Part shown: positions 49,866 to 59,691 of the stretch, piece after piece
Numbering within the stretch: position 1 is the stretch's first letter
Layout: every line of letters starts with the position of its first letter
Assembly: GCA_020696855.1 (NCBI GenBank)
Contig: JAJFMT010000011.1
Coordinates: forward strand, 15,380 to 79,379
Direction of reading: 5' to 3'
Length of the DNA: 64,000 nt
Source: Pseudobdellovibrio sp.
GTDB lineage: Bacteria; Bdellovibrionota; Bdellovibrionia; Bdellovibrionales; Bdellovibrionaceae
The notes under the pieces: model-generated
Database searches by the model: none
What the model saw: the letters and a program-made list of their open reading frames with translations, nothing else
Told to the model about the DNA's origin: nothing
Position numbers and translations under genes: made by a program

Positions 49866-51290
49866 TTAATTCACACTGACTTTAACTGCACGGCCCGGAT
49901 AATTATCAAGATACTCGCCGGATTCAGAAGCCCACGAAATATTAAGTTGCGGTCCGTTTTCAAGTTTATTTACCGGTTCAATCCAGTTCTTAACATCATT
50001 CGGAGTATAATATTTTTGAGTCTTAGCCCACTTTGCTAACCGGATATTCTCTGTTTTCCAGACGGGGAACAGATCCTTTTCGCCGAGCTTGTTCAGCATG
50101 TTGTAAAGCTGTCCTGCAGATCCTTCTCGTGAATCAAAAATACGGTACATTTGCTTACGTGCCCGGTCTTTGTCGGCATGTTGGCCCGGCTTTAAGTTAT
50201 CGGTAATTGCACTTGCAACGCGCGCATGAGAATCGCCATCGATTTGATAAAGCCACTCATTAATAATTCGGTCCAGTTCGCTCTTAATCTGAGCTGTCGG
50301 TTCGACACGGTTATCGTTTGCTAAGAGAATGAGTTCCTTCAGTTCAGTTTCTGATTTGACGTGATGACTGACTTTTTCTGCGTCGGGAGCATTGGCCGAA
50401 GTTCTGACCCATTCCGGTGCCAGCGCCGGTTTTCCTGCTAATGCGGCCTCAATTGCAGTTGTACAATGGCGGTGAATGATCGATTTCGATTTTAAGATCC
50501 ACGGAATAACCGGGCCATCGCGGTAAACAGAAACATTCGGATGCGACTGTGTATCAACCTGTTTACTATAAGTTTCTGCATTTTCATGGGGATGAGGGCG
50601 AATGATGACTTGCACGCCGGACAAGTCGCGCGAAAGATTTTTTGCAAGTGCGATATTGTCTGTAATCGAATAACGGCCATATTCAATGTAATGATTAATT
50701 ACGTCGTCAGAAAATCCCAATTTATTTTTATAAAGATCAATTTCACGCTCGACTGTCACAAACTGCGGATTGATGAGTGCCACCTTTGTGTTGATCAATG
50801 CAATTTTTTTATCTTTTAAGTGAGACGGAATTAAATTCAACTCAAGATTTCTGTATTTTTCAGAGTAAAAATCAAAACGCGGAAGGCCCGTGAGTACCAG
50901 GTTTTGCTTGTGCGGAAAATGCTCCTGTAAGTAGGTAAGCATCTTCTTTCCCCAAACGGTATTGCAGCGGAGATTCTCGTAAAGCTCATGATTTTGCGAC
51001 AAAATTTTCGCATAGAAATCTAGGTCGCCGTAAAATCCGCCTTCTGTATCGTTAATCCCGTATTGAATTCCACAGTGAATCAAACGCTGAACGAAGGTTT
51101 CATTATTCTTTCTCAGGTAATTCAGAAGGACAAAATCAGAGGCAAGTGAAAGGCATTCTCGCTCTTGCACATACATCGGGACCAAGAACACATCCAATCC
51201 CATTCTTGCCAGCTTGTACGCGATCAATGACACGCCTGGTAAATCACGCAAAGGGTGGTCAACTATTAGGGAAACTCTCGTTTTTGACAT
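49866..51290 (-). CDS. Surface carbohydrate biosynthesis protein (GT-B-like)
   Basis: RDL, DTEGG, WG, TGLPRFD, RPHPHE, CTTAIEA motifs; divergent from pseB. Confidence 0.65.
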   Translation of the reverse strand: MSKTRVSLIVDHPLRDLPGVSLIAYKLARMGLDVFLVPMYVQERECLSLASDFVLLNYLRKNNETFVQRLIHCGIQYGINDTEGGFYGDLDFYAKILSQNHELYENLRCNTVWGKKMLTYLQEHFPHKQNLVLTGLPRFDFYSEKYRNLELNLIPSHLKDKKIALINTKVALINPQFVTVEREIDLYKNKLGFSDDVINHYIEYGRYSITDNIALAKNLSRDLSGVQVIIRPHPHENAETYSKQVDTQSHPNVSVYRDGPVIPWILKSKSIIHRHCTTAIEAALAGKPALAPEWVRTSANAPDAEKVSHHVKSETELKELILLANDNRVEPTAQIKSELDRIINEWLYQIDGDSHARVASAITDNLKPGQHADKDRARKQMYRIFDSREGSAGQLYNMLNKLGEKDLFPVWKTENIRLAKWAKTQKYYTPNDVKNWIEPVNKLENGPQLNISWASESGEYLDNYPGRAVKVSVN

Positions 51291-51414
51291 CTTGGAAACT
51301 TATCAGAGGCCCATTGATGAAGAATCAAATAACACTTTGCGCAAAAATTTTGTTTTGGGGGTTTGGGAACTCTCTAAAATACGTTATAACCATTCAATTA
51401 CATTAAGGATAAAT

Positions 51415-52428
51415 ATGTTGAATGGTTATAAGATTCTTATTACCGGTGGTACTGGTTCTTTCGGTAAAAAATTCGTCGAAACGGTACTAAAAAAATACCC
51501 GGACATCAAAAGACTGGTTATCTACTCGCGTGATGAACTGAAGCAGTATGAAATGGCTCAACTTTATCCGCGTGATAAGTATCCTCAGGTTCGCTTTTTT
51601 ATCGGCGATGTACGTGATGGTAAAAGATTGCAGCGTGCATGTGAGGGTATTGATGTCATTATTCATGCGGCAGCTTTAAAGCATGTTCCGATCGCTGAGT
51701 ACAATCCGTTTGAATGTATTTCTACAAACATTATTGGGGCTGAAAACGTTGTGAACGCCGCATTGGATTGCGGAATCAAGCGTGTTGTTGCTTTATCTAC
51801 GGATAAAGCCGCGGCGCCAATTAATCTTTACGGTGCAACTAAGCTTTGCTCTGACAAACTTTTCATTGCTGCCAACAACATGAAAGGCGGACGCGACCTG
51901 AAATTTTCGGTTGTTCGTTACGGAAATGTTATGGGGTCGCGCGGATCTGTTATTCCTTTCTTTTTAGAGAAGAGAAAAACCGGCGTTCTTCCGATCACAC
52001 ACGACGGAATGACCCGTTTCAATATCACGCTTGAAGAAGGTGTCGATATGGTTCTTCATGCTATTGAGAATTCATGGGGCGGCGAACTTTACGTCCCTAA
52101 AATTCCTTCGTACAGAATTCTTGACGTGGCAAAAGCTGTGGCGCCTGAATGTAAGCTTGAAATGATCGGTATTCGCCCAGGCGAAAAAATCCACGAAGAG
52201 ATGATCACAGAGACGGATTCATTAAATACATATGACTGCGGAAAGTACTTTGTTATTGCTCCTGTGATTCCGAACTGGAATGAAGCTGAATGGACAAAAA
52301 AATTTAACGCTAAAAAAGTAGAGCAAGGTTTTAAATATAACTCCGGCTCAAATACGGAATGGCTTACAGTGGATCAGTTGCGTGCTTCTATTAAAAAGTA
52401 TGTTGATCCGCAATTCAGCGTGACGTAA
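51415..52428 (+). CDS. pseB: UDP-N-acetylglucosamine 4,6-dehydratase (inverting)
   Basis: TGGTGSFG, SRDELKQ, HAAALKHVP, STDKA, YGATK, RYGNVMGSRGSV, GIRPGEK; start set to ATG 51415. Confidence 0.93.
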   Translation: MLNGYKILITGGTGSFGKKFVETVLKKYPDIKRLVIYSRDELKQYEMAQLYPRDKYPQVRFFIGDVRDGKRLQRACEGIDVIIHAAALKHVPIAEYNPFECISTNIIGAENVVNAALDCGIKRVVALSTDKAAAPINLYGATKLCSDKLFIAANNMKGGRDLKFSVVRYGNVMGSRGSVIPFFLEKRKTGVLPITHDGMTRFNITLEEGVDMVLHAIENSWGGELYVPKIPSYRILDVAKAVAPECKLEMIGIRPGEKIHEEMITETDSLNTYDCGKYFVIAPVIPNWNEAEWTKKFNAKKVEQGFKYNSGSNTEWLTVDQLRASIKKYVDPQFSVT

Positions 52429-53303
52429 TGACCAAAATTCTTGTCGTTGGATCTTCAGGACTGCTTGGATCATGGTTTTCCGAGGAAGCCACTAAGCTTA
52501 AGTCGAAGCTCAATTGGACAATTAAAACTGTTTCCAAATCGCATATTGCTGATTACCAGGGTGATTTTTCAGACTGGACATTTGCAAATTCCTGCATGCA
52601 GGAATTTAAACCTGCAATTATCATCAATCTCGTTGCGCTGACGGATGTTGACCGCTGCGAACGCGAGCCTCATGAAGCTTATCAGCTTCACATGGGTGTG
52701 CCGGAGAATATCTCGCGGTACATGCAGACCGAAAAAAACTGCTGGGCACTGCAGATCTCTACAGATCAAGTTTACGACGGCGAAGGTTACAAAAAAGAAG
52801 AAAATGTTTCGATTAAGAATATTTACTCTCTAAGTAAACGCGCAGGAGAGATGGCATTGCCTGCGGACCGCACGGTTGTTTTAAGAACTAATTTCTTTGG
52901 ACGGTCTGTTTCAGGACACAGAAAGAGTTTCACGGACTGGGCTTACGGCGCCTTTCTCAGTAACGAAAGAATAACTTTATTTTCAGATTCGATATTTAAT
53001 CCGTTGCACGGGCGTACAGTAGCAAAAATGATGTGTGAAGTAATTCAAAACCCTAGATTCGGCATTTTTAATCTAGGTTCGCATGAAGGCCTTTCCAAAG
53101 CTGACTTTGTAATTTATTTTGCAAAGTTGGTAGGAGTTCATAAAGAAATATACACGGTTTCAAAATCAGTTTCGGTTCCGGACCGTGCAAGACGCCCGCT
53201 TAACATGCTGATGGATGTTTCAAAGTTTGAAACCACTTACAATTTACCTCTTCCGAGTTTGAAAGAAGAAATCAATAAGACAAAGGATGAATACCATGTA
53301 TAA
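52428..53303 (+). CDS. RmlD-like NDP-sugar 4-ketoreductase (SDR)
   Basis: GSSGLLG, ALTDVDRCE, ISTDQVYDG, YSLSK, LRTNFFG, RP motif. Confidence 0.85.
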   Translation: MTKILVVGSSGLLGSWFSEEATKLKSKLNWTIKTVSKSHIADYQGDFSDWTFANSCMQEFKPAIIINLVALTDVDRCEREPHEAYQLHMGVPENISRYMQTEKNCWALQISTDQVYDGEGYKKEENVSIKNIYSLSKRAGEMALPADRTVVLRTNFFGRSVSGHRKSFTDWAYGAFLSNERITLFSDSIFNPLHGRTVAKMMCEVIQNPRFGIFNLGSHEGLSKADFVIYFAKLVGVHKEIYTVSKSVSVPDRARRPLNMLMDVSKFETTYNLPLPSLKEEINKTKDEYHV

Positions 53304-54384
53304 ACCAGTTTCGGAATTTACGATTGATAATAAAAAAATCGGCCATAATCAGCCGACCTATTTTATTGCCGACGTTGCGGCCAATCACGACGGTGATATT
53401 GAGCGTGCAAAAGATTTAATTTACCTTTGTAAAGAAGCGGGTGCAGATGCGGCTAAGTTTCAGCATTTCGCAGCGAAGACGATAGTAAGCGATTATGGAT
53501 TTAAGAATCTGGGCTCGCAGCTTTCGCACCAGTCTAAATGGAACAAAAGCGTTTACGAAGTTTATAACGATGCAAGTCTTAAAGCCGACTGGACGCCGAT
53601 CCTCAAAGAAACCTGCGACAAAGCCGGCATCACATTCTTCACAAGTCCTTATTCATTTGAATTGATTGAAGATGTCGATCCTTATGTTCCGGCTTACAAA
53701 ATCGGGTCGGGTGATATCACCTGGCCGCAAATTATCGAATACATGGGAAAGAAAGGTAAACCGCTCTTTTTGGCCTGCGGAGCTTCTGACCTGCGCGATG
53801 TAGATATCGCCGTTAAAGCCATGATGAAAACAACAGGTAATGTTTGTCTTATGCAGTGTAATACGAACTACACGGCAAGCCTTGAAAATTTTAAATACAT
53901 TAACTTGAACGTACTGAACCTTTTCCGCGAGCGTTATCCGGGAATGATTCTGGGTTTGTCTGACCACACACCGGGACATGCAACCGTTCTTGGCGCCGTA
54001 ACGTTAGGTGCCCGCGCAATTGAAAAACATTTTACAGACGATAACAACCGCACCGGGCCTGACCATAAGTTTTCTTTAAATCCTAAAACCTGGAGAGAGA
54101 TGGTCGACCGCACCCGCGAACTTGAAGCGTCTCTCGGTGATGGTATCAAGACTGTGGAAGACAACGAAAGAGACACTGTTGTTCTTCAGCGCCGCTCGAT
54201 CCGAGTAAAAGAAGATGTTCGTGCAGGAGATGTCTTGCGTGCTGACATGCTGGAAGTTTTAAGGCCGTGCCCTGCAGACGCTTTTAAACCATCGGATCTT
54301 GATTTTGTGATCGGTAAGAAAACTAAAAACGCGATCAAAAAAGGTGACTGCGTAAGACGCCCGGATTTAAACGTTGAAATTTAA
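53296..54384 (+). CDS. NeuB/PseI family nonulosonic acid synthase with SAF domain
   Basis: FIADVAANHDG, AKFQ, KIGSGD, GLSDHT, IEKHFT, GPDH; alternative start at 53287. Confidence 0.93.
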   Translation: MYKPVSEFTIDNKKIGHNQPTYFIADVAANHDGDIERAKDLIYLCKEAGADAAKFQHFAAKTIVSDYGFKNLGSQLSHQSKWNKSVYEVYNDASLKADWTPILKETCDKAGITFFTSPYSFELIEDVDPYVPAYKIGSGDITWPQIIEYMGKKGKPLFLACGASDLRDVDIAVKAMMKTTGNVCLMQCNTNYTASLENFKYINLNVLNLFRERYPGMILGLSDHTPGHATVLGAVTLGARAIEKHFTDDNNRTGPDHKFSLNPKTWREMVDRTRELEASLGDGIKTVEDNERDTVVLQRRSIRVKEDVRAGDVLRADMLEVLRPCPADAFKPSDLDFVIGKKTKNAIKKGDCVRRPDLNVEI

Positions 54385-54387
54385 TTT

Positions 54388-55020
54388 ATGAAGCTTGCAA
54401 TTGTCATCGCTGCCTACAACGAAGAAAGAACCATAGGAGCCACTGTAAAATCAGTTGTTCCTTATGGTACGCCTATTGTTGTGAACGATGGCTCTAAAGA
54501 CAAAACCTCGGAAATCGCCCGCCAGAACGGTGGCCATGTCGTTGACCAGGAAAACAGAGGTTATGACGGAGCACTGGACCGAGGGTTTGCAGAAGCTGCG
54601 AAGCTTGGCTTTACTCACGTTATTACATTCGATGCTGACGGACAGCACCCGGTAGAGGCTTTGCCGGTTTACATCGAGCATTTATCAAAAGGCATCGAGC
54701 TTGTTGTCGGTGTCAGACCTAAAAAACAAAGAGTTTCAGAGCTTATCTTTTCATTTTACACGAAGTTGTTCTTTGGTATCAGTGATCCTCTTTGCGGAAT
54801 GAAGGGATACAAACTGGACCTTTACCGCAGCGTAGGTCATTTTGATTCTTATCATTCAACCGGCACAGAGCTTATGCTTCGCTACCTGAAAGCAAAAAAG
54901 CCAACGGTGCAGATTCCGATTGATATTAAAGACCGTGAAGATCATCCGCGCTTTGGCCGGCTTATCCGGGCCAATTTATATATTTTACGTTCGATGCTGA
55001 GAGGGATGTTTTGGACATGA
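54388..55020 (+). CDS. GT2 family glycosyltransferase
   Basis: AAYNEE, VNDGSKD, TFDADGQH, DPLCG. Confidence 0.88.
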   Translation: MKLAIVIAAYNEERTIGATVKSVVPYGTPIVVNDGSKDKTSEIARQNGGHVVDQENRGYDGALDRGFAEAAKLGFTHVITFDADGQHPVEALPVYIEHLSKGIELVVGVRPKKQRVSELIFSFYTKLFFGISDPLCGMKGYKLDLYRSVGHFDSYHSTGTELMLRYLKAKKPTVQIPIDIKDREDHPRFGRLIRANLYILRSMLRGMFWT

Positions 55021-55736
55021 TCGGAATTATTACCCAGGCCCGCATGACCAGTACCAGGTTGCCTGCAAAGGTGGCCAAGAAAGTTTTAGGAAAAACTTTA
55101 CTTCAGTATCACATTGAAAGACTGCGGATGTCAGGGTTTCCGGTTTATGTTGCGACTACCACCAACCAAACCGATGATATTTTAATTGAGCTTTGTGAAG
55201 AGTGGGATGTTCCGTATTTTCGTGGAAGTGAAGCCGATGTGCTTTCACGTTTTGCCGGTCTTGCAAAAACGTTCAAACTGGAAAAGGTTGTGCGAGTAAC
55301 TTCGGACTGTCCGTTAATTGACGGGAACCTGATTCGTGAATCTTACTTACAGTATAAAGAAAACTTTGGACCTCAAACCTATGTAACTAACTGCCAGCGC
55401 CGGACTTACCCGCGCGGTTTCGATTTTGAAATCTTCTCAGCAGAAACTCTGCTTGAGATCGACCGCGTTGCCACACAGCCATATGAGCGTGAGCATGTGA
55501 CACCTTATATCTGGAAGACAGCTCCTGAAAAATTCGAGATAAAGCACATTACCCGCGCGGATGACGCGTCAGAGTTCCGTATGACGGTTGATGAACCCGA
55601 TGATTTTAAATTGATCGAAAAATTGATTGTTGATCACAGAGCTGATCTAAAAAATGCCGAAGAGATCATTGCATTATTCCGGAAGTACCCCGAGTTAAAA
55701 ACGATTAACGCTCATGTCGAGCAGAAAAAAGTATAA
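55017..55736 (+). CDS. SpsF-type cytidylyltransferase (CMP-ulosonate synthetase), copy 1
   Basis: QARMTSTRLPAKV, FRGSEADVLSRF, RVTSDCPLID, YPRGFD, REHVTPY; ATGA overlap with upstream gene. Confidence 0.88.
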   Translation: MIGIITQARMTSTRLPAKVAKKVLGKTLLQYHIERLRMSGFPVYVATTTNQTDDILIELCEEWDVPYFRGSEADVLSRFAGLAKTFKLEKVVRVTSDCPLIDGNLIRESYLQYKENFGPQTYVTNCQRRTYPRGFDFEIFSAETLLEIDRVATQPYEREHVTPYIWKTAPEKFEIKHITRADDASEFRMTVDEPDDFKLIEKLIVDHRADLKNAEEIIALFRKYPELKTINAHVEQKKV

Positions 55737-55760
55737 CTTTAAGATGATTGGAAGGAACAC

Positions 55761-56363
55761 ATGATGAAAACGACCGACATATATTTAGAGGGAAAATCTA
55801 TTTTTCTGCGCTCGATGCAGCCGCAGGACTTTGGCGAGCCGATGGTACGATGGGTGAATGACCGTGAAGTTACAAAATATCTCTATCGCGGAACTTTCCC
55901 GGCGAACGCCCAGTCACTTCAGGACGAATTCCATAACATGAAGGGCAGTATGACGGACCTTCAGTTTGCGATTTGTTTGAAAGAAAATTCGCAGTACATT
56001 GGCGTTACCGGTTTACATAATATCAACTGGATCGCGCGTAACGGTGAGTTCCGCATTTTGATCGGTGAAAAATCAGCTTGGAATAAAGGTGCGGGAACAG
56101 AAGTGCTGCAGCTTATGACTAGCTACGCGATTGATATTTTGAATTTCAATAAAGTTTATTTAGGAGTTAATGAGGCCAATGTGAAGGCACATAAATCCTA
56201 TTTGAAAGCTGGATTCAAAGAAGAGGGGCGTTCACGTCAGGAAATCTTCCGTAACGGAAAGTATTTTGATGCTGTTCGCATGAGTCTTTTAAAAGGTGAG
56301 TATTTAGAAGCGAGAACATCGTGGCCATTATGGGAAACAATTCAAAAGCAACTTTCCGTGTAG
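55761..56363 (+). CDS. RimJ/PseH-like GNAT acetyltransferase
   Basis: WVND, IGEKSAWNKGAGTE, N..A..SYLKAGFKEEGR. Confidence 0.85.
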   Translation: MMKTTDIYLEGKSIFLRSMQPQDFGEPMVRWVNDREVTKYLYRGTFPANAQSLQDEFHNMKGSMTDLQFAICLKENSQYIGVTGLHNINWIARNGEFRILIGEKSAWNKGAGTEVLQLMTSYAIDILNFNKVYLGVNEANVKAHKSYLKAGFKEEGRSRQEIFRNGKYFDAVRMSLLKGEYLEARTSWPLWETIQKQLSV

Positions 56364-57379
56364 CCATTATCGGTTGCGGTAAGATCGGAAGTTATTGGGA
56401 TGAAGTGTCTTCGGACCGCGCTCAGGCCAAGACACATGCCGGTGCATTTTCAAAGAATCCGCAGACGGAAGTCGTGTGCTTTTTAGATATCTCTGCTGAC
56501 AGAGCCAGGCAGGCGCAGAGTTTCTGGAAAACGGGAATTGCTACCTCTTCAATGGAAGAACTTTTGGCGACCAAGCCGGACATCGTTTGTCTTTGCACTC
56601 CCGAAAGTGAGCGCTTAGTTTACCTGAAAGCCCTTCGTGCGCTTCCGAATTTAGTTATTATTAGCGAAAAGCCACTCTCAGTAAATTTTGCTGAAGCAAA
56701 AGAAATTCTACAGATCGCAAAAGAGCAGAAAGGCTGGAAGTGGATCGTGAACTTCATTCGCCGCTACTCTGACGGATTTCAAGAGCTTAATGAGTTTTTA
56801 AGAAACGATCCTTTGGGTGAGCCTGTCGGCGCCAATGCCTGGTATGGAAAAGGTATGCGAAACAGCGGAAGCCACATGTTCGATCTTCTTTCGATGATTT
56901 TTAAAATTGAACCGGTTTCAGTTCAGGCGCTCAGTCATGTGACTGATGATCTGACTGACAGAGACCCTTCACACGAGCTGCGCCTGGAATACAAAAATAA
57001 AACAGGAAACGTAGTACCGGTTCACTTGTCAGTTTGTGACCATAGAAATTTCATGTTCTTTGAAACGACAATGATTTTTTCAAAAGGCCGTATCCGAATC
57101 TCTGACCTGGGCCATTCTATTGAAGTCGATCAGGTTGTGGAAGATACTCGTTACCCTCAGTACCAGACGCTGAATCGTATTCATCACTGGAATAATGGGC
57201 TTAAGTCTTTCTTTGAGAATATGGGGAATGAGGCCGTAAGGCTGGCGCAAGGTGAAAAGTTGGATGTTAAATCCAGCCTGTCACAGGCTTTCAGCCAAAT
57301 GCATATATTGGAAGCGGCAAACGAGTCCGTCAAATTGCATGGACAAAAAATAACAATTAATTACAATGACCGATCTTAA
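56330..57379 (+). CDS. Gfo/Idh/MocA family oxidoreductase
   Basis: IIGCGKIG, CLCTP, SEKP, NFIRRY, GSHMFD. Confidence 0.88.
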   Translation: MGNNSKATFRVAIIGCGKIGSYWDEVSSDRAQAKTHAGAFSKNPQTEVVCFLDISADRARQAQSFWKTGIATSSMEELLATKPDIVCLCTPESERLVYLKALRALPNLVIISEKPLSVNFAEAKEILQIAKEQKGWKWIVNFIRRYSDGFQELNEFLRNDPLGEPVGANAWYGKGMRNSGSHMFDLLSMIFKIEPVSVQALSHVTDDLTDRDPSHELRLEYKNKTGNVVPVHLSVCDHRNFMFFETTMIFSKGRIRISDLGHSIEVDQVVEDTRYPQYQTLNRIHHWNNGLKSFFENMGNEAVRLAQGEKLDVKSSLSQAFSQMHILEAANESVKLHGQKITINYNDRS

Positions 57380-57390
57380 AAGAGGTACTC

Positions 57391-58695
57391 ATGTCTAAAA
57401 AACTTGCCATTAACGGTGGAACACCAGTTCGTACAAAAAAATTCGATATTCGCAAAACAATTACAGAAGAAGATAAAAAAGCCGTGGCAGAAGTCATGGA
57501 CAGCGGAGACATCTCGATGTTCTTCGGAAGCCCTGGTGCCTTCTGGCTGGGCGGGTCTAAAGTAAAAGAATTTGAAAATAACTGGAGTAAAAAATTCGGG
57601 TTTAAACATTCAATTACAGTGAATTCTTGGACCACAGGTTTAATGGCTTGTATCGGTGCGGTCGGAATTGAACCGGGTGATGAAGTCATCTGTACTCCGT
57701 ATACGATGTCAGCTTCGGCAACAGCAGCTATTTTCTACGGTGGTATTCCGATTTTTGCCGACATTGATCCGAAGACTTTTAATATCGACCCGAAAAGCAT
57801 TGAAAAGTGTATTTCTCCGAGAACAAAAGCCATCATGGTGGTTCATATCTTCGGTCAGCCGGCAGACATGGATGCGATTATGGCGATTGCCAGAAAACAT
57901 AATTTAAAAGTGATTGAAGACTGTGCGCAAACGCCGGGAATTCGCTACAAAGGCCGCTACGTTGGCACAATCGGCGATATCGGCGGTTTCAGTCTGAATT
58001 ATCATAAACACATTCATACCGGCGAGGGCGGAATCATTGTGACAGAAAACGATGAACTGGCGCAAAAATGCCAGTTGATCCGAAACCACGGTGAAAATCT
58101 CGTTGCATCACTCGGAGTAAAAGATATCAGTAATACTCTGGGTTCTAATTATCGTCTAACCGAATTGCAGGCGGCGATCGGTAATGTTCAGATTACAAAA
58201 CTGGATTACTGCCTGAAACACAGAGCAAAACTAGCTAAGTACTTTTCCGATAAGCTTTCTAAATTCCCGGGGCTGACTCCTGCATTCGTGGCTGAGGGCA
58301 GTGAGCACGCGTATTATCAGTATCCGATTAAGTTTGACGAAAACATTGTGGGCGTACCCCGCGCTACATTCTTAAAAGCGATTGCCGCCGAATTTCCTAA
58401 ACCGGATATCTGGGAGCAAACAGTAATGGTGGGTGGTTACGTAGCTCCGCTGTACTGGGCACCAATGTACCAAACGCAAACGGCTATCGGCAAAAAAGGT
58501 TTCCCTTGGTCGGTCAACCCAACTGTTAAATATAATTATTCCCGTGGCATTTGCCCTGTTGTGGAACGAATGCATGAAAAAGAAATGATCAACAGCCCAA
58601 TGATTCGCGAAGCCGTCACTGAGGCTGATTTAGATGACGTCATTAACGCGATTGAAAAGGTTATTGAAAACATCGGCGAATTAAAAGGACTTTAA
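57391..58695 (+). CDS. DegT/DnrJ/EryC1/StrS family sugar aminotransferase
   Basis: LAINGG, EDCAQ, FSLNYHKHIHTGEGG (PLP lysine), RNHG, NYRLTELQAA. Confidence 0.92.
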   Translation: MSKKLAINGGTPVRTKKFDIRKTITEEDKKAVAEVMDSGDISMFFGSPGAFWLGGSKVKEFENNWSKKFGFKHSITVNSWTTGLMACIGAVGIEPGDEVICTPYTMSASATAAIFYGGIPIFADIDPKTFNIDPKSIEKCISPRTKAIMVVHIFGQPADMDAIMAIARKHNLKVIEDCAQTPGIRYKGRYVGTIGDIGGFSLNYHKHIHTGEGGIIVTENDELAQKCQLIRNHGENLVASLGVKDISNTLGSNYRLTELQAAIGNVQITKLDYCLKHRAKLAKYFSDKLSKFPGLTPAFVAEGSEHAYYQYPIKFDENIVGVPRATFLKAIAAEFPKPDIWEQTVMVGGYVAPLYWAPMYQTQTAIGKKGFPWSVNPTVKYNYSRGICPVVERMHEKEMINSPMIREAVTEADLDDVINAIEKVIENIGELKGL

Positions 58696-58698
58696 AAA

Positions 58699-59691
58699 TT
58701 GGGATTGGTTGTATTCCGCCAAATGGGAACGTTGCATGCATTATTGCCGCTGATCTCCCATATGCGGAGCCAACTGTCAGAGCCTCTTCTTTTGGGCTGG
58801 GATCAGTTAATTCCTAAAGAGACAGCTGATTCCTTCGGGCTTCTTTTGTTTAATGATGTAAACCGGTTTTTAGAATTGGCCCCTGCGCGGACCTCTTTTT
58901 TACTGACAGGAACTTCTGAAAAAAGCGAAGAGGATTCCAAACTTTGGCAGTGGGCCTTTGAAAATAATATTCCTTCTTTTGCATTCGTGGATCAATGGTC
59001 GAATATCGCGATCAGGTTTAAGAATGCGGTGAGAGCTCCGGATCATATTTTGGTTCTTGATGGCTGGTGCGCAGAAGAAGTTAAAAAATTAAATCTGAGT
59101 TCCAAAGTTCATATCACAGGTACACCGCTTTGGGATGACTTAAGTACTGTTATTCGAAAAACAAAAAGTGATAAGTGTGAAGCCGTATTTGTAACTGAGC
59201 CTGTTTCGGTGATGCCGCTCGAAGAGCATATCGCGCTTCATGGTTATCAGGACTTGGACAGTCTGAAATGGGCCATCGTTGCATTAGAGCAGTGGCAGGC
59301 GCACACCGGGAAAAAATGTATTTTGAAAATTAAACTGCATCCACGCGATACAGAACAACGGATCAAGGACTGGCTGGAAAATCAAAAGCCGCAGGTTGAA
59401 ATTCAGATTTCAAATGAAGACAAGCAGACAACTTTAAGAACAGCGGATTATGTCTTCGGTGACCGGTCCATGTTGCTGGTAGAGGCTTCTTTAATCGGAA
59501 TTCCGGTGGTGAGTTTTCAGCCAAACAGAAAATCTGTAAGCCCCGCTACAGACCGGGACGGTATTGAAGTTGTAACAAAACAAACTGATATCCTTACAGC
59601 AATGAAAAGAGCGTTACATAACACTTCACATCTTCCTGCGGTTAAAGCTTCGGAAAAAATAATGGAAGTCATCAACGGAGAATTATCATGA
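58699..59691 (+). CDS. Hypothetical GT-B-like protein of the polysaccharide locus
   Basis: LLTGTS, VDQWSN, TGTPLWD, KLHPRD, SMLLVEASLIG. Confidence 0.55.
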   Translation: MGLVVFRQMGTLHALLPLISHMRSQLSEPLLLGWDQLIPKETADSFGLLLFNDVNRFLELAPARTSFLLTGTSEKSEEDSKLWQWAFENNIPSFAFVDQWSNIAIRFKNAVRAPDHILVLDGWCAEEVKKLNLSSKVHITGTPLWDDLSTVIRKTKSDKCEAVFVTEPVSVMPLEEHIALHGYQDLDSLKWAIVALEQWQAHTGKKCILKIKLHPRDTEQRIKDWLENQKPQVEIQISNEDKQTTLRTADYVFGDRSMLLVEASLIGIPVVSFQPNRKSVSPATDRDGIEVVTKQTDILTAMKRALHNTSHLPAVKASEKIMEVINGELS

